Assembly: GCA_963699235.1 (NCBI GenBank)
Contig: OY969424.1
Span: forward strand, 784,884 to 848,883
DNA: 64,000 bases
Source: an uncultured Chloroflexia bacterium
GTDB lineage: Bacteria; Chloroflexota; Limnocylindria; QHBO01
Direction of reading: 5' to 3'
The number at the start of each line of letters is the position of its first letter. Position 1 is the stretch's first letter. Of the stretch, positions 16,447 to 24,865 are shown one piece after another. The notes beneath the pieces are model-generated. The model was not told where the DNA came from. It made no database searches and saw nothing but the letters and a program-made list of their open reading frames with translations. A program made the position numbers and the translations under genes.

Positions 16447-17324
16447 CCGAGCGACACGACCTCGACCAGCAGCTGTCGGCCTTCCTGCGAGAAGGTCCGA
16501 CCGACCTGCCCGATCCGTCGTTCGACACGGTCCGCGATCGCATTGAACAGACACGACAGCGAGCCGTCATCGGCTCGATGGGAGTACCCGACATGAACAA
16601 GTTCCTGGCCGTGGGCCTCGGCGTCGCCGCCGTCGTGCTCGCGGGCTACATTGGAGTCCAGCTCCTCGGCGGGCCTGCGCCCGGCGGCCCGGCGCCGGTC
16701 GAGACACCATCGCCGGTCGAGTCCGTCGCGACCGAGCCGTCGGCCGCTGCCGCGGCGGACCTTCCCGAGGGTCCGTACCTGTTCTCAGACGAGGTCCCGA
16801 TCACGGTGACGATCGCGGCCCCCGGCTGGTCCGTGAATGACGACGGAGCCCTCGTCAAGGACGAAAACATCGAGTCTCCAGATGGGCTATTCGTGTTCGG
16901 GCCGTGGGTCGGCGAGTTCTCCGTCCCGGCGGACCCGTGCGAGTGGTCGTCGGCGATGTCCGATACCCCGGCCAACACGGTCGATGAGATCGTGGCTGCT
17001 TTGACCAGCCAGGCCTCGCGCGATGCCTCGGAGCCGATGGACGTCACGGTGGACGGGCATGCCGGGCAGACGATCACGCTCCACGTGCCCGAGGACGTCG
17101 GATACAACGCCGGCGAATTCGACTGCGACCAGGGCAACTTCTGCACCGTGGTGTCCGAAGCGGGTTGCGAGATTCACAACCCTGCCCCCGGCGCCATCAG
17201 TGACCTGTGGATCGGTGACTTCGATGGTGAGGTCCTGATCATGGCTGGCTACTACTACCCGGAGACCTCGGCCGATCACGTCGATGAGATGCGCGGCATC
17301 CTCGAGTCGATGACCTTCGAGTAG
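16443..17324 (+). CDS. sigma-coupled single-pass membrane protein (putative anti-sigma factor), partner 5
   Basis: ATG 16443 (MTERHDLDQQLSAFLREG) overlaps the stop of the sigma 5 C-terminal frame (ATGA). The TM helix is identical to that of partner 3. The ectodomain has the DPCEW and EFDCD motifs. Confidence 0.8.
   Translation: MTERHDLDQQLSAFLREGPTDLPDPSFDTVRDRIEQTRQRAVIGSMGVPDMNKFLAVGLGVAAVVLAGYIGVQLLGGPAPGGPAPVETPSPVESVATEPSAAAAADLPEGPYLFSDEVPITVTIAAPGWSVNDDGALVKDENIESPDGLFVFGPWVGEFSVPADPCEWSSAMSDTPANTVDEIVAALTSQASRDASEPMDVTVDGHAGQTITLHVPEDVGYNAGEFDCDQGNFCTVVSEAGCEIHNPAPGAISDLWIGDFDGEVLIMAGYYYPETSADHVDEMRGILESMTFE
16542..16724 (+). repeat. 183-nt near-identical tract shared with 12005..12187
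   Basis: See 12005..12187. Confidence 0.7.
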
Positions 17325-17362
17325 ACCGATAGGCGGGTCGCCCGCCGTCGCAGAACTCCCGG

Positions 17363-17388
17363 ACGCCCGGCGAGCAATCGCCGGGCGT
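17363..17388 (+). terminator. hairpin downstream of partner 5
   Basis: ACGCCCGGCGA (17363..17373) pairs with TCGCCGGGCGT (17378..17388), with a GCAA loop. Confidence 0.5.
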
Positions 17389-17438
17389 TCACCGTGCACG
17401 TCACCTTTTCGGCAATTCCGGGCCCCATCGCTCGGGGC

Positions 17439-17489
17439 CAGATTGAACGATTGGGCCACCGCCAACTACCTGTAGTGGTGATCGCGTCA
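17439..17489 (+). promoter_or_regulatory. class-B conserved upstream motif of sigma 6
   Basis: CAGATTGAAC (17439..17448), then 31 nt, then GATCGCGTCA (17480..17489). Confidence 0.5.
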
Positions 17490-17523
17490 AATCGGCCGAT
17501 CAGTCGTCAGACTTGAGGAACAC

Positions 17524-18096
17524 ATGCAGGCTGGCAACCAGGACCGAACGCGGGCAGCGCTCGTCGAGCGTGCCCAGGAGGGGGATCGTGATGCGTTCGA
17601 CGCCCTGGCTCGCACGGCAGGAGACCGATGCATGGCCATTGCCACCCGGATCCTCCGGGATACCGATGTCGCCCAGGACGCCGTCCAGGCCACCCTGATC
17701 ACCGCGTGGCGGGACCTCCCGTCACTCCGCGACCCGAATCGGTTCGAGCCGTGGCTCCATCGGATCCTGGTCAACGCCTGCTACGCCGAGGCCAAACGCC
17801 GTCGGCGGTGGACGTCATCCATCCGGATGCTCCCCGTGGACGTGGCCTCGAACGCGAATGACATCCTCACCGTCAACGACCGTGACCAGCTGGAACGGGC
17901 CTTCCGCCGCCTCACCGTTGAGCAGCGGGCGGTGATGGTCCTCCACCACTACATCGGTCTTCCGGTCCCGGAAGTCGCCGATCGACTGGGCATCCCGCTC
18001 GGGACCGCCAAGTCGCGGATCCACCACGCCACCACCGCGCTCCGGGCCAGCGTTGAAGCCGATGCCCGGACGCCCTCACAGGAGCGATCGGCATGA
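17524..18096 (+). CDS. ECF-type sigma-70 factor, paralog 6 (subfamily B)
   Basis: ORF 17524..18096, 190 aa. Region 2 (TAWRDLPSLRDPNRFEPWLHRILVNACY) and region 4 (VMVLHHYIGLPVPEVADRLGIPLGTAKSRIHHA) are present. Confidence 0.9.
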   Translation: MQAGNQDRTRAALVERAQEGDRDAFDALARTAGDRCMAIATRILRDTDVAQDAVQATLITAWRDLPSLRDPNRFEPWLHRILVNACYAEAKRRRRWTSSIRMLPVDVASNANDILTVNDRDQLERAFRRLTVEQRAVMVLHHYIGLPVPEVADRLGIPLGTAKSRIHHATTALRASVEADARTPSQERSA

Positions 18097-18941
18097 CCAC
18101 GCCACGCGATTCCACTCCCGGCGGGTCCGCTCCACGCGACGCCGACCGACTCATCTCTGCCTTCCTGGCCGAGGGCCAGGCCGATCTTCCCGACCAGGTG
18201 TACGACGAGGTGCGGGCCGAGATCGATCACACCAGCCAACGCACCGGTATCGGTCCCTGGAGGACGTCATTCATGAATCGTTTCGCATCCGTCGTCGCCG
18301 TGGCGGTGGTGATGGTGATCGCCGTCATCGTCGGCCTGCAGCTGGCCGGCGGCGGTCCGCTCATCGGCGGTGACCCGTCCGTCTCCCCGTCGCCGTCCGC
18401 CGAACCGTCGGCATCGGACAAGCCGACGCCCAAGCCGACCGGCCCGGCCGAGCCCTCGGCCAAGCCATCCGCGGAGCCGTCCGGTCCCGAGCCGGCCTTC
18501 ACCTGCGGCCAGCCCATCCACCTCGACGCGGTGGGGAGCGACTTCCATCCGCTGATCGTGGCGGACATCCGGCTCGGCACCCATGACGGCTACGACCGGA
18601 TCGTGTTCGAGTACGTGGACGAGGGCTCGCCCTACCTCGACATCGAGGCCGACGAGCCGCCGTTCGTCAAGGATCCCAGCGGCCTGCCGTTGGAGGTGGC
18701 CGGCGACCCGCATTTCCGCCTCATCTTCGGCGGGGCCGCGAAGTACGACAGCGAGACCGGCGAGCAGCCGTACAGCGGGCCCGTGGACTTCGAACCCGGC
18801 TATCCGCAGATCGCACAGTTCGTCGAGGCCGGCGACTTCGAGGCGAGCCATAGCTGGTACCTCGGGACGAACGGCAGTGACTGCCTCCGCGCCTTCTACC
18901 TGACCGAGCCTGGACGGATCGTGATCGACGTCCAGCACTGA
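18093..18941 (+). CDS. sigma-coupled single-pass membrane protein (putative anti-sigma factor), partner 6
   Basis: ORF 18093..18941 with ATGA overlap. N-domain DRLISAFLAEGQADLPDQVYDEVRAEIDHTSQRTGIG, one TM helix, a long Pro/Ser/Ala/Glu/Lys linker, and a distinct ectodomain (IRLGTHDGYDRIVFEY...). Confidence 0.75.
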   Translation: MTTPRDSTPGGSAPRDADRLISAFLAEGQADLPDQVYDEVRAEIDHTSQRTGIGPWRTSFMNRFASVVAVAVVMVIAVIVGLQLAGGGPLIGGDPSVSPSPSAEPSASDKPTPKPTGPAEPSAKPSAEPSGPEPAFTCGQPIHLDAVGSDFHPLIVADIRLGTHDGYDRIVFEYVDEGSPYLDIEADEPPFVKDPSGLPLEVAGDPHFRLIFGGAAKYDSETGEQPYSGPVDFEPGYPQIAQFVEAGDFEASHSWYLGTNGSDCLRAFYLTEPGRIVIDVQH

Positions 18942-19140
18942 GCCGCGGGGACCCGCAGCCCCGCCGCAGCTCCCCGGCGAGCCCTTCACGGGGCGGACCG
19001 GGGAGCTTCTCGTTCGGCGCATCGGCTCGTCATCCGCGCGCCCGTGGCGGCCCATCGGCGACCCTCGCTCGGGCGGGCGGGGGAGCCTCGGTGGTAATCT
19101 TGAGGTCATTTCTGGCTGACGCCGAACCGATGCCGAACAC

Positions 19141-19554
19141 ATGACGGCTGAGCGCGCAGCCGCCCGTTCAAGGAGTCGAACTTCGGTGCCGATTCGGCCG
19201 CCCAATACCCGCCTCGGCCGGCGCGAGCCGGATGTCCTGCTGCTCCAGCAGGCGCCAGAAAGGATCGCCGAGTACACCCGGATCCTGGACCGGCGTCTCG
19301 CCGACGAGCAGCGCCCGTCCGAGCGGACCCGCATGCTCCGCGAGACGACGAACCAGATCACGCGGACTGCGAACGACGCGATCCAGGCGTATCACCGGGC
19401 CCGCGCATCGGTCTCTGCCGAGCTTGAGATGCCGGACGGGGACCACGCTCATGCCAAGCGGATGGGCGTCCAGCTCGAGGCGGCGCGCAAGGATGTGCTC
19501 GCTGCGCTGGAGCTCACGAAGCACCGCTACCCGACGGAGGAGGCGGAGGCCTGA
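19141..19554 (+). CDS. hypothetical helical protein
   Basis: ORF 19141..19554, 137 aa. The charged, helix-like composition is more plausible than the antisense ORF 19168..19608. I recognise no homology. Confidence 0.35.
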   Translation: MTAERAAARSRSRTSVPIRPPNTRLGRREPDVLLLQQAPERIAEYTRILDRRLADEQRPSERTRMLRETTNQITRTANDAIQAYHRARASVSAELEMPDGDHAHAKRMGVQLEAARKDVLAALELTKHRYPTEEAEA

Positions 19555-19716
19555 CGGCTCCAGCGGTCTTCGCCGGGCCCCCAGACCGCTATCCCCCCTC
19601 GCGCTCACGCCCGATCAGGAGTACCGTGTTGACGTCCATCGGGCAGTTCCGATGGTCCGCGTAGTCGTTCGTCTTCGAATCGGCTGTGTGACATCCGATT
19701 CGAGTGAGGTCCAACT

Positions 19717-19923
19717 GTGGCCAACGGAACTGTTAAGCGTGTGATCTCGGAGCGTGGCTTCGGGTTCATCGGCGGCGAGGATGGCAAGGAGTACTTCTTC
19801 CATCGCAATGAGCTCGCCGGCTCCCTGGACTTCGACCGCCTGGTAGGCGGCGAGGCCGTATCCTTCGAGGTCGAGAACAGCCCCAAGGGGCCTCGCGCCG
19901 TGAAGGTGAACGCCGCCGCCTAG
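19717..19923 (+). CDS. cold-shock protein (CspA family)
   Basis: ORF 19717..19923. GTG start; RNP1-like motif RGFGFI and CSD-like sequence GKEYFFH. Preceded by a long structured 5' leader. Confidence 0.9.
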   Translation: MANGTVKRVISERGFGFIGGEDGKEYFFHRNELAGSLDFDRLVGGEAVSFEVENSPKGPRAVKVNAAA

Positions 19924-19943
19924 TCGGTAGCATTCAAGCCACT

Positions 19944-19978
19944 GGACGCCCGGTCATCGACCGGGCGTTCGGCTTTTC
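19944..19978 (+). terminator. intrinsic terminator of csp
   Basis: GGACGCCCGG (19944..19953) pairs with CCGGGCGTTC (19961..19970), followed by GGCTTTT. Confidence 0.65.
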
Positions 19979-20026
19979 CGGCCCCTTCATCACTCCTGAA
20001 TGGGCGGACCGATAGCATCTGCCCCG

Positions 20027-20794
20027 ATGGGACGAACGAACGGCCTCGCCCGGCCGCGGATCCTCGTCGTCGAGGACGAGCCGCAGCTCCGCGCCCTCCT
20101 CCGGCTCTACCTTGAGCGTGACGGGTACGCCGTGGTGGAGGCCGGGGACGGCGCCGCGGCCCTGGCCGCGTACGACGCCGAGTCGCCGGACCTCGTGATC
20201 CTCGACCTCATGCTGCCGCGGATGCAGGGCGAGACGGTGCTCGAGGAGCTCCGCGACCGCGGGTCGGTGCCCATCCTCATCACCTCGGCCAAGCGGACCG
20301 ATGCGGACCGCATCGCCGGCCTCCGCCTGGGCGCCGATGACTACCTGGGCAAGCCGTTCAACCCGCACGAGGTCACCGCCCGGGTGGCGGCCATCCTCCG
20401 CCGGGCCGGCCAGCCGCCCGGCAACGGCGCCGTAAGCGGGGTGGACCTCACCCAGGAGCCGATCCTGTCGCTGAACGGCGGACGGCTGACGCTCGACCCG
20501 GCCACCCGCCGGTTCACCCTGGCCACCGCCGGCAGCGGCGAGCAGACCGGCCGCCTCACGCCCGGCGAGGCTCGGCTCCTCCTGGCCCTGGCCCGCCGAC
20601 CGGGGATGGTCATGACCCGCGAGCAGCTGCTCGACACCGTGGCGCGGCGACCCGACGACGTCTTCGAGCGGGTCGTGGACGTCCACGTCGCGAACCTCCG
20701 CCGGAAGCTCGGCGACTCCGCCGCCGACCCGTGGCTCATCGAGACGGTGCCGCAGGCCGGCTATCGGCTCGTTGCCGAGCGCGACTCGGCATGA
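20027..20794 (+). CDS. OmpR-family response regulator
   Basis: In-frame ATG 20027 (MGRTNGLARPRILVVEDE) of ORF 20000..20794. Receiver domain (DLVILDLMLP) and a winged-helix C-terminus (VDVHVANLRRKL...GYRL). Confidence 0.9.
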   Translation: MGRTNGLARPRILVVEDEPQLRALLRLYLERDGYAVVEAGDGAAALAAYDAESPDLVILDLMLPRMQGETVLEELRDRGSVPILITSAKRTDADRIAGLRLGADDYLGKPFNPHEVTARVAAILRRAGQPPGNGAVSGVDLTQEPILSLNGGRLTLDPATRRFTLATAGSGEQTGRLTPGEARLLLALARRPGMVMTREQLLDTVARRPDDVFERVVDVHVANLRRKLGDSAADPWLIETVPQAGYRLVAERDSA

Positions 20795-22203
20795 CAACCG
20801 AGCAGCCCGCGCCTCCGGCCGCCGCAGCTGCCGCCGGCGGCATGCCGCTGGCTCTTCGATTGGCGCTCGTATTGTCCGCGGCCGTCCTTATCGTCCTGTT
20901 ACTGGCCGGTGCCGTCGTGAACCGGGTCGTCACCCGGTCCTTCGAGGACGTGGTCACCACCCAGCAGCAGGAGCAGGTCGAAGCGGCCGCGGAGGCGCTG
21001 AGCGGACTGATCACCCAGGGCGGGAACCTGCGTGAGGCGCGCGGTGTCCTGGAACGCCTGGGCCGGAGCCTCGGTGGTCCGGTGACGGTGCTCGGACCGG
21101 AGGGAACTGAGATCGCCCAGTTCGGGCCGCGCGAACTGCCGAGCGGCGAAACGACCGCGGTCACCGCCGACGTGATCGTGAATGACCAGCAGGTGGCGAC
21201 CATCGCGGTCGTCGTCCCGGTCGGGACCGATGACCGGCCGTTCCTGCGCCTGTTCAACGTGGCGCTGCTCGTCGCCGGGCTGGCCTCGGTGGCGGTCATC
21301 GCCGGCGTATCGGTCTGGATGGCGCGACGCCAGACCCGGCCGCTGCAGGACGTGACCGCGGCCGCAAACCGCCTGGGCGCTGGCGACCTCTCGGCGCGGG
21401 CCACCGGTGGGGGAGACCGCGAGTCGCAGGAGCTGGCCGGCGCGTTCAACACCATGGCCGGACGGCTGGAGCAGTCCGAGATGCTGCGGCGCCGAGCGGC
21501 CACCGACATGGCCCACGACCTGGCCACCCCGGCCACGGTCCTCCAGACCCAGCTCCAGGCCATGATCGACGGCGTCGTCCCCAAGTCGAAGCCCAACCTC
21601 GAGGTCGCGGCGGCGTCCGCGGCGGCGCTCGGCTCAGTGATCGTGCAGATGGGGGAGCTGGCGAGCGCCGAGGCCGCTCCCCTCCAGGCCCGCCCCGAAC
21701 GGGTGGAGATCGCCGGCCTCCTGGCCGAGGCCGCGGCCGCGCTGGACGGCCTCTACCGCGAGCGGGGCGTGACGCTTGAGGTCCAGCCCGCGGCGCCGGA
21801 GCTCGCGGCGTGGGCCGATCCCGCGCACCTGGGCCGGGCGCTGCGCAACGTCATGACCAACGCCGCCCAGCACACCCCGAGCGGGAAATCGGTCCGCGTC
21901 ACCGCCACCCAGGCCACCCAGATGATCGAGGCAGCACCAAGCCACCGCGTGCAGATTCGGGTGACCGATGAGGGTCCTGGCATCCCACCCGGGGACCTGC
22001 CCCACATCTTCGAGCGCTTCTACCGATCGGACCCCGCCCGGACCAGTGGGGCAAGCACCGGAACGGGCACCCCCGGCGCCGGTGGCGCCGGCATCGGTCT
22101 GACCATTGCCCGCGAGCTGTTGGCTCCCAGCGGCGGCGTCATCTCGGTCGAGCAGACCGGCACCGATGGCACCACCCTGCTGATCTCCCTGGCACCGGCC
22201 TAG
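20791..22203 (+). CDS. sensor histidine kinase (TM-HAMP-HisKA-HATPase)
   Basis: ATG 20791 overlaps the regulator stop (ATGA), in the frame of ORF 20731..22203. H-box MAHDLATPATVL and the N/G boxes (NAAQHTP, GAGIGLTIAREL) are present. Confidence 0.9.
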   Translation: MTTEQPAPPAAAAAAGGMPLALRLALVLSAAVLIVLLLAGAVVNRVVTRSFEDVVTTQQQEQVEAAAEALSGLITQGGNLREARGVLERLGRSLGGPVTVLGPEGTEIAQFGPRELPSGETTAVTADVIVNDQQVATIAVVVPVGTDDRPFLRLFNVALLVAGLASVAVIAGVSVWMARRQTRPLQDVTAAANRLGAGDLSARATGGGDRESQELAGAFNTMAGRLEQSEMLRRRAATDMAHDLATPATVLQTQLQAMIDGVVPKSKPNLEVAAASAAALGSVIVQMGELASAEAAPLQARPERVEIAGLLAEAAAALDGLYRERGVTLEVQPAAPELAAWADPAHLGRALRNVMTNAAQHTPSGKSVRVTATQATQMIEAAPSHRVQIRVTDEGPGIPPGDLPHIFERFYRSDPARTSGASTGTGTPGAGGAGIGLTIARELLAPSGGVISVEQTGTDGTTLLISLAPA

Positions 22204-22256
22204 GGTCGGTCGGCCGGCGCTCGACGCCCTTTCCGCGGCCCTGCCGACTCGTGCCT

Positions 22257-22326
22257 GCGTTGCCTGCATTTGTGGTAGTGAGCGTGACTGAGCGTGTTAC
22301 CGCGTTACCGCAAACGGTGGCAACGC
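22257..22326. repeat. long-stem hairpin element, copy 2 (related to 4052..4115)
   Basis: Outer stem GCGTTGCC (22257..22264) / GGCAACGC (22319..22326) plus an inner stem TTTGTGGTA / TACCGCAAA. The loop AGCGTGACTGAGC..GTTACCGCG is conserved with copy 1. It lies between convergent stops at 22203 and 22378. Confidence 0.6.
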
Positions 22327-22377
22327 AGCAGCAACCCCGTGATGGGAGGCTCCCGGCGACACCGGATTGTCCGGCCG

Positions 22378-23772
22378 TTACAACCCGCGAATCGCCTCTA
22401 CCCGACCGGACTCCACGGCTGCTCCAAACGCGAAGTAGTCGAGCTCGGTCTGGTCCGCATAGGCCGCGGCGTAGTCCGCAATCGCATTCTCGAATCGGTT
22501 CGACGACCCCAGGTACGCGGCGATCGCGAACCGGTCCCCGGTCCGCGCATGGGCCCGCGCCAGGGTCCAGGCGCAGAGCAGGCCATAGATCGTCATGTTC
22601 GTCGGATTCAGCGACTCGATCGCCGCCGATAACTTCCAGTCGCGCAGCTGACGGACGTAGTAGTCGGTCTCCCCGGTCCGTTGCCACCCGAGGAAGATGT
22701 CGCTCACAGCCTGGATGAGGAGCTGACCCTCCACCACCCGGCGTCCATGGTTGCCGAATTTGCTCTCGCCCAGGTACGGGGAGAGCACCGATGACTGCGC
22801 CTCCTTGTACTGGAGAAAGAGGACGCTGTCATCGTCGCTCTGGAAGAGCAAGATCCAGGTCCGCGTCCCCACGCTCCCCACGCCGACCACCTTCCGCGCG
22901 ACATGGACGAGCTGGTAGCGATCGAGCAGGACCCGCCGATCCTCCCGCAGGCTCTGCCGATACTTCCGCTCCTCGCCCTGGAGGAACCGCCCCTCGCTGT
23001 CCTGTTCGTCCATGTCCTCGACGGGGACCACGAGCGGTGGGTTCGGAATGATCTGCCGCACGCCGTTCACCACCCGGGTCATCTTCTTGGATACCTGGAG
23101 GCTGTCACGCGTCCTGGCTTTGGCCATGGCTGCCCTGATCCGCTTGGCGCCCTTCTTTGTGATCTCGGCCTGGAATTGGGCGAACAGCGTCTCCAGGTCC
23201 AGGCGGGCGTACCAGACGTCGAGGATGGGCATGGCTGTGAACTCGGTCATGGCAGACCGATACCGGGCGATGGCGGTCAGGACCACCTGCCGCTGCTCCT
23301 GGGCCGAGAAGCCGTTCTCCCGGGAAGCGACCACCAGGCTGGCGGCCAACCGCTTTACGTCCCAGTCGAACGGTCCCGGGTGGGTTTCGTCGAAGTCGTT
23401 CATCCCGAACAACAGGTGCCGCTCGGGGGAGGCAAAGGCCCCGAAGTTCGCGATGTGGGCGTCGCCGCCGAGCTGGACCCAGAGGCCCGAGTTGGGCATG
23501 GCGGCGAGGTCCGCGGCCATGGGCAGCGCGGCACCTCGGTAGAACGCGAACGGCGAGACGAGCATTCGCCCATGGCGGACCGGGACGAGCTCCGGAATCC
23601 GGGACTCTGACTGCCCCAACAGCAGACCGATGGGATCGCGATCCGGGGCCGGCTGGAAGTCCCGCTGGCTGTCAATCGGCGCCTGGGCGAGGGCCGCTGC
23701 GACCGCCGCCGCGCGCTGCTCCGCGGTCGGCCGTCCGGGGAGTGGCGTGTGGGCAGCGGAAGGACTCGGCAT
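22378..23772 (-). CDS. DUF2252 domain-containing protein
   Basis: ORF 22378..23772, 464 aa. Diagnostic stretch RHGRMLVSPFAFYRGAALPMAADLA...GDAHIANFG. The family name is from memory. Confidence 0.8.
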   Translation of the reverse strand: MPSPSAAHTPLPGRPTAEQRAAAVAAALAQAPIDSQRDFQPAPDRDPIGLLLGQSESRIPELVPVRHGRMLVSPFAFYRGAALPMAADLAAMPNSGLWVQLGGDAHIANFGAFASPERHLLFGMNDFDETHPGPFDWDVKRLAASLVVASRENGFSAQEQRQVVLTAIARYRSAMTEFTAMPILDVWYARLDLETLFAQFQAEITKKGAKRIRAAMAKARTRDSLQVSKKMTRVVNGVRQIIPNPPLVVPVEDMDEQDSEGRFLQGEERKYRQSLREDRRVLLDRYQLVHVARKVVGVGSVGTRTWILLFQSDDDSVLFLQYKEAQSSVLSPYLGESKFGNHGRRVVEGQLLIQAVSDIFLGWQRTGETDYYVRQLRDWKLSAAIESLNPTNMTIYGLLCAWTLARAHARTGDRFAIAAYLGSSNRFENAIADYAAAYADQTELDYFAFGAAVESGRVEAIRGL

Positions 23773-23932
23773 GAGCGAAGCCTACCGCCGGGCGCTGGCC
23801 TCCATACAGTCGCGTCAACTGCACCGGACCGTACCCAGGTACCCCCGAATCTCCTATTGCTGGCAGGGCCGCGCGGCCGCCACTCTCGGGTCCACTGATC
23901 CCCGCGATCCATCGCGTCCCGCAGGAGACTTC

Positions 23933-24511
23933 ATGACCACCCACGTCGTTCGCCCCGCCTCGGTCACCATCCTCGCCGCCGGCTTTCTGGCCGCGACCGC
24001 GCTGCTGCTCGCCACCAGCGCCATGTCGGTCCGCGCCGGAACCCCGGTGGCCTGCTCCATCCTCATCAGCTCCACCTCGTCGCCGGTCCCGGCCGAGACG
24101 GCCACGATCATCGCCCTGGAAGATGTCCAGGTCGATGGCACCGGCTTCACGCCCGACACCGAGCTGGCGATCACGGTCGTCTTCAACGGCGTGCCGCAGG
24201 CCACCTTCCCGCAGATGACCGATGGCTCCGGCAACTTCGTCCTGCAGGGTCAGCTGCTGGAGGAGCAGGTTGGCGCCTGGACCCTGACCGCGGCCGATGG
24301 CCAGATCTGCAGCGACACGGTGACCTTCACGGTCGTGCTCGCGGCGGTCGCCACGCCGGCCCCCACTCCGGCGGGCCTGCCGGACGCCGCCATGATCCCG
24401 GCTTCGACCTCGACCGGTGGGGGAGCGGCCCTGGCCTTCGCCCTCCTGGGCCTGGCATCCATCGGCCTGGCCGCCGCCATGCGCTGGAGCATGCGCACCC
24501 GCCGAGCCTGA
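23933..24511 (+). CDS. exported protein with C-terminal membrane anchor
   Basis: ATG 23933 preceded by AGGAG, inside ORF 23630..24511. N-terminal signal (ILAAGFLAATALLLATSAMSVRA), a beta-rich middle, then a Pro-rich spacer, a TM helix and a basic tail (AMRWSMRTRRA). Confidence 0.6.
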   Translation: MTTHVVRPASVTILAAGFLAATALLLATSAMSVRAGTPVACSILISSTSSPVPAETATIIALEDVQVDGTGFTPDTELAITVVFNGVPQATFPQMTDGSGNFVLQGQLLEEQVGAWTLTAADGQICSDTVTFTVVLAAVATPAPTPAGLPDAAMIPASTSTGGGAALAFALLGLASIGLAAAMRWSMRTRRA

Positions 24512-24537
24512 GCTCAAGCCCCGATCGGCGCCTCGGG

Positions 24538-24552
24538 TAGGATCAGCCGGTG
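24538..24552 (+). promoter_or_regulatory. possible leaderless promoter: TAGGAT -10 hexamer 6 nt upstream of GTG 24550
   Basis: TAGGAT (24538..24543) matches the TANNNT form of actinobacterial -10 elements. The spacing would place the transcription start at the start codon. Confidence 0.35.
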
Positions 24553-24852
24553 ACCGATCCCGAAGAGCGACCAATCGAGGACGCGGCTGAGGACCCTGGT
24601 GCTGGGCACGAGGCTGACGGCGACCCTGGGAGCGGGCGACTGCCGTCGTTCGACGACGTGAACCTGTCCGTCGGCCAGTTCATGGCCGGCCTCGAGCAGA
24701 AGATCCTCCACAACCGGCCGCCGGCGGTGGTCGTGGTCGAACAGGAAGGGCGCGGCGAGTCGGTCGAGACCAGCGGCCTGTTGATCGATGACCTGCCGAC
24801 CGAACCGCTGGACCGCCCCGAGCCCCCCGACACGTCAGGCGCGAAGCTCTAG
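24550..24852 (+). CDS. hypothetical acidic protein
   Basis: ORF 24550..24852, 100 aa. The -10-like hexamer at leaderless distance supports it. I recognise no homology. Confidence 0.4.
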   Translation: MTDPEERPIEDAAEDPGAGHEADGDPGSGRLPSFDDVNLSVGQFMAGLEQKILHNRPPAVVVVEQEGRGESVETSGLLIDDLPTEPLDRPEPPDTSGAKL

Positions 24853-24865
24853 CGGCCCCGAAGGA

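Noticed and set aside
15891-17324. 477-aa ORF as a genuine sigma/anti-sigma fusion protein
   Set aside because: The linker (QKAHRRAARCSRLPPLPRAAV...) is out-of-frame translation of sigma region 4, which is intact in ORF 16213..16446. One extra base explains the ORF.
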